A stretch of 64,000 nucleotides of DNA from an uncultured Candidatus Actinomarina sp. (GCA_902566515.1 CACFIX010000001.1:32220-96219); one strand, 5' to 3'. Positions 31,513 to 41,274 are shown, counted from the first letter of the stretch. Notes: a model not told the origin generated them from the sequence alone. Translations and numbers: made by a program.

Positions 31513-32025
31513 ATGGAAAAATATCGTAGCCATAGAACTCTTATTCTGAATTCCACTTACCAGCCGCTGTCTGTTGTTCCATATAACAGAGCAATATCAT
31601 TATTAATCAACAAAAAAATAAATTCCATAAACGATTCTGAAATAATATTTAAATCAGAAAATAAACAAATTGCTTTACCTAATGTTGCATTATTGAACTA
31701 TTTTGTCAATGCACCTTATTCAAGGAGAGTTGCCTTGAATAAGGAAAATATCTTCATAAGAGATTTTTATACTTGTCAATATTGTGGGGACCAAGCAGAA
31801 TCGGTAGACCATATCATTCCCAAATCTAAAGGAGGAGAGCATATCTGGGATAATGTTGTTGCTTGTTGTAAAAAATGTAATTTAATTAAAGCTGATAAAG
31901 ATCTCACAGATACAAGGTTAAAATTAAAAAGAAATCCTCAACAACCTGTCGGAGCTTTTTGGATAAAAACAATCGTTGGTTCAAATCCGGATCCATCATG
32001 GGAAGAATATTTAATTTCAGCATAA
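31513..32025 (+). CDS. HNH endonuclease (actinobacterial Rv2469c-like)
   Basis: LILNSTYQPL, RD..TCQYCG, DHIIPKSKGG..WDNVVACCKKCN..K. Confidence 0.9.
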   Translation: MEKYRSHRTLILNSTYQPLSVVPYNRAISLLINKKINSINDSEIIFKSENKQIALPNVALLNYFVNAPYSRRVALNKENIFIRDFYTCQYCGDQAESVDHIIPKSKGGEHIWDNVVACCKKCNLIKADKDLTDTRLKLKRNPQQPVGAFWIKTIVGSNPDPSWEEYLISA

Positions 32026-32040
32026 AAAAATTTTTATCAA

Positions 32041-32090
32041 AAAGTGTTGCAAAGTGGTAGATAGTGTCATATAATGTGTAAAAGTGGTTC
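32041..32090 (+). promoter_or_regulatory. dcw promoter (TTGCAA-17-TATAAT) overlapped by 10-bp phased AAAGTG[G/T] MraZ boxes
   Basis: -35 at 32047-32052, -10 at 32070-32075; repeats at 32041, 32051, 32061 (ATAGTG) and 32081. Confidence 0.85.
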
Positions 32091-32111
32091 AAGGCACGAA
32101 AGGCGGAGAAA

Positions 32112-32537
32112 GTGTTCCTTGGTGAGTTTCAACATACAATGGACTCTAAAGGTAGGGTTGTAATACCATCCAAGTTTAGAGACGAGCTTCAACAGGGCTG
32201 TGTGATCACCAAGGGGCAAGACAACTGTCTCCAAATACTAACTAAATCAAATTGGGAAGAAGAGGCAATGAAAATGGCTTCACTTCCATCCACAGACAGA
32301 ACATCAAGGCAATTAAGAAGGGCTTTATTCAGTGGTGCTATTGATGTAAAAATAGACTCAGCAGGAAGGGTACAAATACCTGAAAACTTACGAGTATATA
32401 GCGGAATTGACATCAATGAAGAAGTTACTGTAACGGGTTCAGGTCCTGTTGTGGAAGTTTGGTCAACTAGAAGTTGGAAGAAAATTCAAAGTGAAGCTGA
32501 TCGAGCCTTTGCAAATATAAACGAAGTGAAAGGATAA
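32112..32537 (+). CDS. mraZ: Division/cell wall cluster transcriptional repressor MraZ
   Basis: MFLGEFQHTMDSKGRV, DSAGRVQIP, VEVW. Confidence 0.97.
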   Translation: MFLGEFQHTMDSKGRVVIPSKFRDELQQGCVITKGQDNCLQILTKSNWEEEAMKMASLPSTDRTSRQLRRALFSGAIDVKIDSAGRVQIPENLRVYSGIDINEEVTVTGSGPVVEVWSTRSWKKIQSEADRAFANINEVKG

Positions 32538-32630
32538 GTTCATAGCCAGCTCTCTAGACAACTAAATTGGAACACCCTTACTCCGCCCAACTTTCCAATT
32601 GGTGCCAGTGCTAGAGAGCTGGGTATGAAT
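32538..32630 (+). ncRNA. Structured cis-regulatory RNA between mraZ and rsmH (mraW RNA motif-like)
   Basis: UUCAUA/UAUGAA plus CCAGCUCUCUAG/CUAGAGAGCUGG (12 bp) plus AAUUGGAA/UUCCAAUU stems with a C-rich loop; same position as the actinobacterial mraW motif. Confidence 0.8.
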
Positions 32631-33539
32631 AACAACAGGGTAGGATACTTAAAGCATAGCGGAGTGATGATATCCGAAGTTAATAAAATAGTTTCTAATT
32701 CACCTGCAGGAATATTTGTAGATGCTACTTATGGTTATGGTTCGCATTTTAACTACTTAAAACAAAAGAACAGCCATCTTGAATTTATTGGTATAGATAG
32801 AGATTTAGAAGCAGTTAAGAATTCCTCTGATGAAGTCTTAAATATAAAATTTTCAAACATTACTGATATATTATCTATTAAAAAAATTTTGAATATATCA
32901 GGAGTTTTCTATGACTTTGGTATTTCCTCACATCAAATTGATAACCCAGATAGAGGATTTTCATATTTGAATACGGGACCACTAGACATGAGAATGAACC
33001 AAGATGACAAAATTACTGCAGATGAAATATTAAATCAATTTGAAGAGGAAGATATTGCAAATATTTTGTATAAATATTCTGGTGAAAAAAATTCTCGTAA
33101 AATAGCAAAAGCAATTTCTGACTCAAGACCATTAAAATCTACCGAAGATTTTTCTAACGTTTTGAAAAACGTATTAGGAAAACAGAATCCAAAATATATA
33201 AATCAGACAATAAAAAGATGTTTTCAAGCAATAAGAATTTATGTAAATAATGAACTTGAAGAGATTACTTTATCGATAAATAAAATTAAAAACTTTATTA
33301 AACCTGGTGGTGTAATTGTTTGTATTACCTATCACTCTCTTGAAGACAAAATAGTTAAAGATATTTTTAATGATTTAACTGTTAAATGTATTTGCAATCC
33401 GAGAATTCCAATTTGCAGTTGTAATACGATTCAAAAATTTAAATTTGGTAAAAATAAAAAATTATTTCCTTCAGATGATGAAATCAATAAAAATTCAAGA
33501 TCAGCTTCAGCTATTTTGAGATATGTGGTGAAAATATGA
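32625..33539 (+). CDS. rsmH: 16S rRNA m4C1402 methyltransferase
   Basis: DATYGYGSH, DFGISSHQID, RGFS, PLDMRM, FQAIRIYVN, YHSLED, NSRS. Confidence 0.96.
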   Translation: MNNNRVGYLKHSGVMISEVNKIVSNSPAGIFVDATYGYGSHFNYLKQKNSHLEFIGIDRDLEAVKNSSDEVLNIKFSNITDILSIKKILNISGVFYDFGISSHQIDNPDRGFSYLNTGPLDMRMNQDDKITADEILNQFEEEDIANILYKYSGEKNSRKIAKAISDSRPLKSTEDFSNVLKNVLGKQNPKYINQTIKRCFQAIRIYVNNELEEITLSINKIKNFIKPGGVIVCITYHSLEDKIVKDIFNDLTVKCICNPRIPICSCNTIQKFKFGKNKKLFPSDDEINKNSRSASAILRYVVKI

Positions 33540-33856
33540 AATTTAGAAATATTATGTTTCTAATGGCAAGTGTTTTTATTTTGTCAATGCTTTCAGATTT
33601 GTATTTCAACTTAAAAATTAATGAATCGTCTAGTGATTTAGAGCAAATAAATAATGAAATTCTAATACTTCAAATTGAAAAGTCTAAAGTTCATTTAAGA
33701 CATACTGAAGAATTTTCAATTGGAAATATTGAAAAACTTTCAAAGGAAATTAATTTTAAAAGATTAGATATTCACAAGAAAAATTTTGATTTGGTAAGAC
33801 CCTACAAATTGATTGAAGATTCTAATCCTGTAATTGTTATGGGTTTTGGAAAATGA
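33536..33856 (+). CDS. ftsL: FtsL-like bitopic coiled-coil cell division protein
   Basis: TM plus coiled coil, between rsmH and ftsI. Confidence 0.6.
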   Translation: MKFRNIMFLMASVFILSMLSDLYFNLKINESSSDLEQINNEILILQIEKSKVHLRHTEEFSIGNIEKLSKEINFKRLDIHKKNFDLVRPYKLIEDSNPVIVMGFGK

Positions 33857-35529
33857 TCAATTTTCAAAGATTAAAAAATTATTTTCTAATCTTTGTAGTG
33901 TTTTTTACAGTTTTAGGTTCTTCTTATGTTTTTATATCAACAGTTTATGAACTTCAATTTACAAATTCTGATTATTTTAAAAACCAAGCTTTATCTTATC
34001 GAGTTAAAACTGAAAAGTTAAAAGCGTCAAGAGGCAATATTTATGACAAAAATCTTTTGGTATTATCTTCAAGTTCTCGGTCTTACAATATTGGAGTTTT
34101 TCCAACAAAAATTGACAATTTAAATGAAGTAGTAAATTCACTATCTGCAATATTATTTATAGAAAAAGATTTATTACATAAAAGGATAATATCCACAACT
34201 AACTTTTTTTATCTTGATAGAAATATAGATTATGAAAGAGGAGAAGAAATAAAAAGTTGGAATCTTGAAGGGGTTGTTCTAGAACCTTCATTTAATCGTG
34301 TAATACACACTAATTCAGTTTCAAAAATTATAGGAAAAGTTGATCCTGATGAAAATGGCATAGAAGGGCTGGAGCTTTATTTTGACTCATCACTTAAAGG
34401 AATAGATGGTGAAATTAAATATGAAGCTTCACCGAATGGAAAAATTATTCCTCAAGCACCTATTACAACTATTCAACCAACTCACGGAAAAGATTTAATT
34501 TTGACACTAGATTCAGAATTGCAATTTGTAAGTGAAAATCTATGTTCTGAGGCGTTAGAAATAACCGAAGCATTAAATTGCTCTATTGTTTTTGCTAACG
34601 CAAATACAGGAGAAATATTAATTGCTGCCGAAAAAAGTGGATATCTTGAAAATAGTTTAAACATAGACCTTTTGAGTATTAGAGCTCAGTACGAGCCTGG
34701 TTCTTCATTAAAAATCTTTTCTATAGGTGCAGGTATCGAACAAGGATTATTTGATGAAAATACTAAATATTTAGTTGACGATAAAATCGAAATTATAGAG
34801 GGATCCTGTGCCAAAAATTATGATGGTCTAAAAGGATGTTACAGAGATTTCTTAAAGCATGACCCGTATGAAATGTCTATTAAGGAAATAATAGAGCGCT
34901 CATCAAATGTTGGGACAATTCTTGCAACCAAAGATTTGGACATAAATTATTTAGAAGACTATCTTAATAAATTTGGTTTTGGTGAAAGAACAGGCGTGGA
35001 ATTGACCGGTGAGATAAAGGGAAGTTTCACTGAATATAACATTTGTAAAACCTGTTTAAGTTCACTATCAATCGGTTACTCAGTTAATGTAACGCAACTT
35101 CAAATGGTCAAAGCATATAGTATTATTGCAAATGGTGGTAAGAATATAAATTTGTCATTAGTTAAAAAACCTACAGAAAGTTCGAATCTTCAACAGGTAA
35201 TAAGTGTTGAAATGTCTGAAAGACTGAGGAATCTCTTAATAAATGTTGTAGAAGGTGTTAACGGAACAGGAAAGTCATTGAAACTTGAAAATTATATAAT
35301 TGGAGGAAAGACTGGGACTAGTAGAACCCATATTGAGGGAGATGGCTATTCAGATTTTAGATTTAATACTTCTTTTACTGGATTTATTGAAACATTAGAA
35401 GGACCTGTTGTTGGATCAGTTATTTTATGGGGAGCTTCTGTTAACCCAGCATCTGAATACGTTACGGGAGGATCAACTGCTGCTCCGATATTTAAAACAA
35501 TTGTCAGCAACCTAGTACCAGGAGAGTAA
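33853..35529 (+). CDS. ftsI: Class B penicillin-binding protein FtsI
   Basis: RGNIYD, GIEGLE, EPGSSLK (SxxK), SSN, GKTGT. Confidence 0.92.
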   Translation: MINFQRLKNYFLIFVVFFTVLGSSYVFISTVYELQFTNSDYFKNQALSYRVKTEKLKASRGNIYDKNLLVLSSSSRSYNIGVFPTKIDNLNEVVNSLSAILFIEKDLLHKRIISTTNFFYLDRNIDYERGEEIKSWNLEGVVLEPSFNRVIHTNSVSKIIGKVDPDENGIEGLELYFDSSLKGIDGEIKYEASPNGKIIPQAPITTIQPTHGKDLILTLDSELQFVSENLCSEALEITEALNCSIVFANANTGEILIAAEKSGYLENSLNIDLLSIRAQYEPGSSLKIFSIGAGIEQGLFDENTKYLVDDKIEIIEGSCAKNYDGLKGCYRDFLKHDPYEMSIKEIIERSSNVGTILATKDLDINYLEDYLNKFGFGERTGVELTGEIKGSFTEYNICKTCLSSLSIGYSVNVTQLQMVKAYSIIANGGKNINLSLVKKPTESSNLQQVISVEMSERLRNLLINVVEGVNGTGKSLKLENYIIGGKTGTSRTHIEGDGYSDFRFNTSFTGFIETLEGPVVGSVILWGASVNPASEYVTGGSTAAPIFKTIVSNLVPGE

Positions 35530-36923
35530 TGAATAAAATTTACAATTATGACCAATATTTGGGAATGAATTTAGATTTTTCGTTAATTGTAAATTCAACA
35601 CTTGACCTAAAACCTGGTTCAATTTTATGTATTGATAATGAAGATATTGAAAAGTTAGATTATTTGATAAAAGAAGCATTGAATAAAGATGTAGACAAAA
35701 TTTTAACTAGTTCAAAATCCAAAATTTCCGATGAAAAGGTATATAGATTCGAAGAATATGAAAAAGTTTTTGAAGATATTTTGAAGAACATAAATCCTAA
35801 TTTTAAAAATAAAACATTTTTTGGTATTACAGGAACAAATGGAAAAACAACTACTGCTCATTTACTAAACTCTCTACTTGGAGATTCCTCAATTTTTGTA
35901 GGAACTATTGACGAAGATAATCTTTTTGAATTTACAAAAGAGGAACATTTAACAACACCAAAACTATTTAATCTTGTAAAAATGTTGTCCTTAGTTGATA
36001 GAGATGTAAGCAATGTAGTGCTTGAGGTTTCTTCACATGCTTTAGATCAAAAAAGATTAAATGGTTTATATTTCAAAATGTCTGGATTTACAAATTTAAG
36101 CCAAGATCATTTAGATTACCACAACACAATGGATGAGTATTTTGAAGCAAAAACAAAGCTATTCAATAAACAAACTTCAGAAGAGTTTGCATACATAGTT
36201 TCAAACTATGGTGAAAAATTAAATAAAATTTATGATTCTAAAGGTTTTTCTATTGGCAATACAAAGAATAATAATGTTCAATTAAATTCATATACTATAG
36301 ATTCAATTGATTTTGATATTGATGGAATAAATGTGAATTCAAAACTTTACTTATCAGGTCCAGAAATTATTTACAATTTTCTATTGGCTTTTAGCATGGC
36401 TTATTTTTCAAAAGTTAAAAACATTAATGAGCTTAAAGATCAAATACCCCTTCTAAAAAATCCAAAAGGAAGATACGAAATTATCAAATATACAAAAGGT
36501 GATATCATCGTAGACTATTCCCATACACCTGAGGCAATAGAAAAAGTGATTAAATACACAAAAGAAAGATATAAAAAAGACGTAATTGTAGTTTTTGGAG
36601 CAGGAGGGAATCGTGATAAGTCAAAAAGAAAATTTATGGGTACAGCATCTCAAAATGCTGAAAAAATAATTATTACTAACGATAACCCAAGGAAAGAAGA
36701 TCAACTTGATATATCAAAACAAATACTTGATGGAATTGATCTTAAGAAAAACGTAGAGATCATCATAGATAGAAGAGAAGCTATAAGCAAAGGTGTAAAA
36801 CTTCTAGATGGTAAAAGCACACTACTAGTATTAGGTAAAGGACATGAAAAATTTCAAGAAATAGGTGATGAATTGTATGAATTTGATGATGTTGAAGTTG
36901 TTAGAGAACAGATAAGCATCTAA
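35529..36923 (+). CDS. murE: UDP-MurNAc-tripeptide synthetase (meso-DAP type)
   Basis: GTNGKTT, EVSSH, DHLDYH, DYSHTP, DNPR, GKGHE. Confidence 0.93.
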   Translation: MNKIYNYDQYLGMNLDFSLIVNSTLDLKPGSILCIDNEDIEKLDYLIKEALNKDVDKILTSSKSKISDEKVYRFEEYEKVFEDILKNINPNFKNKTFFGITGTNGKTTTAHLLNSLLGDSSIFVGTIDEDNLFEFTKEEHLTTPKLFNLVKMLSLVDRDVSNVVLEVSSHALDQKRLNGLYFKMSGFTNLSQDHLDYHNTMDEYFEAKTKLFNKQTSEEFAYIVSNYGEKLNKIYDSKGFSIGNTKNNNVQLNSYTIDSIDFDIDGINVNSKLYLSGPEIIYNFLLAFSMAYFSKVKNINELKDQIPLLKNPKGRYEIIKYTKGDIIVDYSHTPEAIEKVIKYTKERYKKDVIVVFGAGGNRDKSKRKFMGTASQNAEKIIITNDNPRKEDQLDISKQILDGIDLKKNVEIIIDRREAISKGVKLLDGKSTLLVLGKGHEKFQEIGDELYEFDDVEVVREQISI

Positions 36924-37981
36924 TGATTGGAATAATTGTATCAGGAGGATTAAGTTTTTTATTTGTTCTTGTATCAACATTCTTGGGCGTAAATTATTTC
37001 AAGAGTAGAAATATAGGACAAAATATTCAAGAAGAAGTTGTTCAACACGAACATAAAAAAGGGACACCTACAATGGGTGGAATTTTCTTGATTCTTGGTA
37101 CTTCTTTTGGATTTTTTGCTTCACACATAAACTTTTGGACTATAGGTAGAGGTTTTGAGGTTGTTTTAAGAAGAATTAATGAAGATGTTTTAGCTTTATT
37201 AATTATTGCGATTGTGATGGCTTTAGTTGGTTTAGTTGATGATTATTTAAAAGTAAAAGGTAATAGAAATTTAGGTCTTACGGTCAAGCAAAAATTTGGA
37301 CTACAGTTTTTAGCAGGTATATTTGCAGCTGTATATATTTACAATTTAGACTACTCAACACAACTATATATATTTAGTGGTTTTGGTGTAGACATTGGAT
37401 TTTTCAAATGGATATTAATAGTTTTTGTATTTGTAGGTATTACTAATGCGGTAAATCTTACGGATGGTTTGGATGGGCTAGTAGCTGGAAGTAGTTCAAT
37501 TAGTTTTGCTGGTATTTTAGTTATTTCATTTTGGATATATAGGCATCCAGAATATTATTCAAATTTTATAAGTGATTCTTTTTTAACAGTAGATATTTCA
37601 CTTTTAATTTCATCTGTTTCAGGTGCTTGTTTAGGCTTTTTGTGGTGGAATACTAATCCAGCAAAAATAATCATGGGTGATGTCGGCGCACATTTTATTG
37701 GTGCGATGTTTCCATTAATTTTGGTTTCATTAGGTGCAGAAGGGCTACTTCTATTTTTTTGTTTCTTATTTTTAGTAGAAGCTGGATCAGTAATAATTCA
37801 AGTCGTTTCTTATAGATATAGAAAAAAACGAATTTTTAAAATGGCACCATTACACCATCATTTTGAAATGAAAAACTGGGCTGAAACAACAGTAATTGTT
37901 AGATTTTGGATTATTAATGGAATTTTTGTAGTGCTTGGTTTAGGGCTCTTTTATGCTGACTGGGTTTTGTTTGGAAATTAA
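36923..37981 (+). CDS. mraY: Phospho-MurNAc-pentapeptide transferase
   Basis: KKGTPTMGG, DDYLK, NAVNLTDGLDGL, MGDVG, MAPLHHHFE. Confidence 0.97.
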   Translation: MIGIIVSGGLSFLFVLVSTFLGVNYFKSRNIGQNIQEEVVQHEHKKGTPTMGGIFLILGTSFGFFASHINFWTIGRGFEVVLRRINEDVLALLIIAIVMALVGLVDDYLKVKGNRNLGLTVKQKFGLQFLAGIFAAVYIYNLDYSTQLYIFSGFGVDIGFFKWILIVFVFVGITNAVNLTDGLDGLVAGSSSISFAGILVISFWIYRHPEYYSNFISDSFLTVDISLLISSVSGACLGFLWWNTNPAKIIMGDVGAHFIGAMFPLILVSLGAEGLLLFFCFLFLVEAGSVIIQVVSYRYRKKRIFKMAPLHHHFEMKNWAETTVIVRFWIINGIFVVLGLGLFYADWVLFGN

Positions 37982-39175
37982 GTGAAAAAATTAATATTTG
38001 GATATGGTGAAACAGGCAAAGCTGTAGAACAATTTTTTATTAATAACAAAATAGATTTTGAAATCTATGATGATAATATTTCTGATTTCGACAGAGATAT
38101 TTCTAACAATCTTATGGAATTTGATGAAGTAATAATTTCTCCTGGTATTCCTCAAGATAATTTACTACTTTCAAAAATAAAATCACAGAATTTAAATATT
38201 TCTACTGATTTAGATCTCTTTTTTAGGCACAACGATAAAAGTATCAAAGTTATTGGAATAACTGGAACAAATGGCAAAACATCATTTGTAAATATAGTTA
38301 AAGAATTTTTAGATAAGAATGGTCATAAAGCAATATCGTCTGGCAATATAGGAACCTCACCGTTAAATTCAATAAATAAGGATTTTGAATATCTTGTATT
38401 AGAGCTATCTAGTTACCAACTTCATTATTCTAAGAATTTATCACTTGATTTTGGAGTGGTTTTAAATATTGCAAGCGACCATCTAGACTGGCATGGAAGT
38501 TTTAAAAATTATTTAAAAGCTAAGTCCAAGATTATTAAATTCACTAAAAAGAATAATATGCTTGTTTATAGTGATTTAATTCAAGAGTTTGCAGATTATG
38601 AAACTAAAAAAATTGTTAATGCTGATTATTCATCCTTTGAAAATATAGATACACCTTTTTCAAATGAATTATTAGTACCTTTTTTAGATTTAATTTATTT
38701 ATTGGATTTAAATATAGAAAATATAGAAGAAGCTTGTTATAAATTCTTAGTAGGCTTGGAACAGTTAGAACATAGATATGAAAGAATCGATTTTAAAGGA
38801 AATATAAAATTTATAAATGATTCAAAAGCCACAAATTTTCATGCCGTAACTAATGCAATCAATAGATCAAAAAATATAATTCTTATTCTTCATGGTCTAA
38901 CTAAGAATATTCCTAATGAAGAATTAAAACTTACATCTGATGTTAAAAAAATTATTGTACAGTCTGAAATGAAATTAAATTTAAATGAATTTTATGGAAA
39001 AACTATTAAATACGAATCAATCAATGAAATTAAAAACTTGATAAAGTCTGAGATGCAAGAAGGTGATACAGTGCTCTTTTCATGTGGTGGTGCAAGTTTT
39101 AACGACTTCCAAAATTATAGAGAGAGAGGAAATTTTTTCAAAAAACTAGTAAATGAGATTGATAGTGAAACTTAA
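37982..39175 (+). CDS. murD: UDP-MurNAc-L-Ala:D-Glu ligase
   Basis: SPGIP, GTNGKTS, GNIG, ELSSYQL, DHLDWH, NDSKATN. Confidence 0.93.
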   Translation: MKKLIFGYGETGKAVEQFFINNKIDFEIYDDNISDFDRDISNNLMEFDEVIISPGIPQDNLLLSKIKSQNLNISTDLDLFFRHNDKSIKVIGITGTNGKTSFVNIVKEFLDKNGHKAISSGNIGTSPLNSINKDFEYLVLELSSYQLHYSKNLSLDFGVVLNIASDHLDWHGSFKNYLKAKSKIIKFTKKNNMLVYSDLIQEFADYETKKIVNADYSSFENIDTPFSNELLVPFLDLIYLLDLNIENIEEACYKFLVGLEQLEHRYERIDFKGNIKFINDSKATNFHAVTNAINRSKNIILILHGLTKNIPNEELKLTSDVKKIIVQSEMKLNLNEFYGKTIKYESINEIKNLIKSEMQEGDTVLFSCGGASFNDFQNYRERGNFFKKLVNEIDSET

Positions 39176-40268
39176 AACATATTTTGACGAGTATCTGATA
39201 AAACTAAATGGTATTTCAATAATACTTCTTCTAGTCTTCGGAGTATTCCTTGTATCTTCAGCTACAGCTGTAGAGTCTCAGAGAATTTATTCAGATAGTT
39301 TTTATATGATTGCTAATCATGGATTAGGTATATTAATCGGGGTTGGGATGTTCTTATTAATAAAAAGATTTAATTATTTGTATTTTTTTAAATTTCTAAT
39401 ACCTCTAGTTTTAGTAATGATTGTTGCTTTATTTGTCTTACCAACAATGGGAGTCAATCTATTTGGTAGTACACGTTGGTTAGATATTGGCAATATAAGA
39501 ATTCAACCCAGTGAATTAGCAAAACCTATTATTATTCTTTGGGTAGCGAGACAACTATCAAATGAAAAAATAAAGGAACATGATCTGAAAACAATTTGGC
39601 GAGCAGGATTTATTCCAGGTTTAGCTGTAATTTTAATTTTTCTTCAACCTGATTTTGGAACTACAGCAACTATTGCTTTTATAGTGTTAATACAATTTTT
39701 GTTTTCAAAAACAAAACTAATCTACCCAGTGTTACTTTCATTAGTAGGTTGGTTTATTGGAAGATATTTTTTAGAATCAGAATTTTACAGGGCTGAAAGG
39801 CTTAGAGTTTGGAGCGAGGGGATATGCAATCAGGGCCAAGAACTTCTTGGTGCATGTTTTCAAGTCCATCAAAGTAGAATTGCTATCAGTTCTGGGGGCA
39901 TGTTTGGCTTAGGTCCAGGAACTTCTAGGGCAAGGTGGGGTTCTTTGCCAAGCGCTTATTCAGATTTTATTTCATCAATAATAGGTGAAGAATATGGTTT
40001 CATTGGATACTTAATATTTATATTTATTCTTTCGATATGCATTATTACTTTTTTCTTAATTGCTGTAAGAGAAAATAATGAATTTAAAAAAATATTTATT
40101 TCTGGTTTAGGAGCATGGATACTTTTTCAATCCGTTTTAAATTTAGGTGCTTCTGTATACTTGTTACCAATTACAGGAATTGTATTGCCATTTGTATCAT
40201 ATGGGGGTACGGCTATGGTTTCTATTTTTGTAGCACTTGGGATAATGCATTGTAGGGTTGATGAATAA
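39153..40268 (+). CDS. ftsW: SEDS peptidoglycan glycosyltransferase FtsW
   Basis: RW, QPSELAK, QPDFGT, GLGPG, SDFI, GEEYG, LPFVSYGG. Confidence 0.94.
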   Translation: MRLIVKLKTYFDEYLIKLNGISIILLLVFGVFLVSSATAVESQRIYSDSFYMIANHGLGILIGVGMFLLIKRFNYLYFFKFLIPLVLVMIVALFVLPTMGVNLFGSTRWLDIGNIRIQPSELAKPIIILWVARQLSNEKIKEHDLKTIWRAGFIPGLAVILIFLQPDFGTTATIAFIVLIQFLFSKTKLIYPVLLSLVGWFIGRYFLESEFYRAERLRVWSEGICNQGQELLGACFQVHQSRIAISSGGMFGLGPGTSRARWGSLPSAYSDFISSIIGEEYGFIGYLIFIFILSICIITFFLIAVRENNEFKKIFISGLGAWILFQSVLNLGASVYLLPITGIVLPFVSYGGTAMVSIFVALGIMHCRVDE

Positions 40269-41274
40269 AGGTGTATTTTTATGTGTTGGTACTGGTGGAC
40301 ACGTTCTGCCAGCTTATAACGTAATTAAATCAATGCTTAATCAAGGAATTGATAAAAAAAATATTCTAATAGTTACTGATGAAAGAGGTATTGAGTATTT
40401 CAAAGAAAAAGACTTTGAGACTATAGTTTATCCTTTTGTGTCCTCTCGAAAAGGAACTATTGGCTATCTACTAAATCTTGGAAAAATTTTTAAAAGTATT
40501 GTGTATTTGTATAAAAGTTTAAAAAAGTATAAACCCCAATTTCTATTTACAACTGGTGCATATATTGCTCCAGTTTCAGCAATTGTTTCAAAATTATTGA
40601 AAGTAAATTTCTATATACAAGAACAGAATATATATTCAGGTTTAGGAAATAAGCTTTCGGCTCCCTTCGCTAAAACAATCTTTACATCTTTTCCTGATAC
40701 AAAAAATATTCAAAAGAACAAGATTCAATATTGCGGACCAGTTTTAAATTTAGATTTAAACAACATTGAAATTAATAAAACTTCTAATTTTACAATAGGA
40801 TTTCAAGGTGGAAGCCAAGGGTCAAAAGAAATAAATAATCTTGTTTACAAATTTTGTGAAGATGAGAAGTATATAGATATTGATATCATCCACATTGTGG
40901 GTAAAAATAATGAAATAGTTAATACAAATAGAAAAAATTATATTTCTCATAATTATATTGATGACATGCAGTCATTTTATAATTCAATCCATTTACAAGT
41001 TTCTCGTGCAGGCGGAGGTAGTCTTGAAGCTGCGTATCTCAATATCTACCAGTTACTCATTCCCTTTAAGCACGGAACTACTTCAGAACATCAACAGCTT
41101 AATGCTGAGTATCTGGAAAAAATAAATGCTGCGAGAATTGTTAAAAATTATAAAGATTTTACAGATCAAGTTGATTATTTTCTTAAAAATTATACTGAAA
41201 ATATAGAGAAAATTAAAATTGAACCAGGAAATTTAACAATTAGTGAAAAATTAGTAGATGAACTTATTAAGTAG
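40261..41274 (+). CDS. murG: Lipid II GlcNAc transferase
   Basis: GTGGHVLPA, EQN, GGSQG, SRAG, HQQLNA. Confidence 0.92.
   Translation: MNKGVFLCVGTGGHVLPAYNVIKSMLNQGIDKKNILIVTDERGIEYFKEKDFETIVYPFVSSRKGTIGYLLNLGKIFKSIVYLYKSLKKYKPQFLFTTGAYIAPVSAIVSKLLKVNFYIQEQNIYSGLGNKLSAPFAKTIFTSFPDTKNIQKNKIQYCGPVLNLDLNNIEINKTSNFTIGFQGGSQGSKEINNLVYKFCEDEKYIDIDIIHIVGKNNEIVNTNRKNYISHNYIDDMQSFYNSIHLQVSRAGGGSLEAAYLNIYQLLIPFKHGTTSEHQQLNAEYLEKINAARIVKNYKDFTDQVDYFLKNYTENIEKIKIEPGNLTISEKLVDELIK

Noticed and set aside
31513..32025. HNH gene as a homing endonuclease, mobile element or defence system
   Set aside because: Matches a common chromosomal actinobacterial HNH type; no intron, flanking repeats or partner genes
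32041..32090. Direct repeats as a CRISPR array or iterons
   Set aside because: 10-bp period without spacers, no cas or rep genes; explained by an MraZ operator
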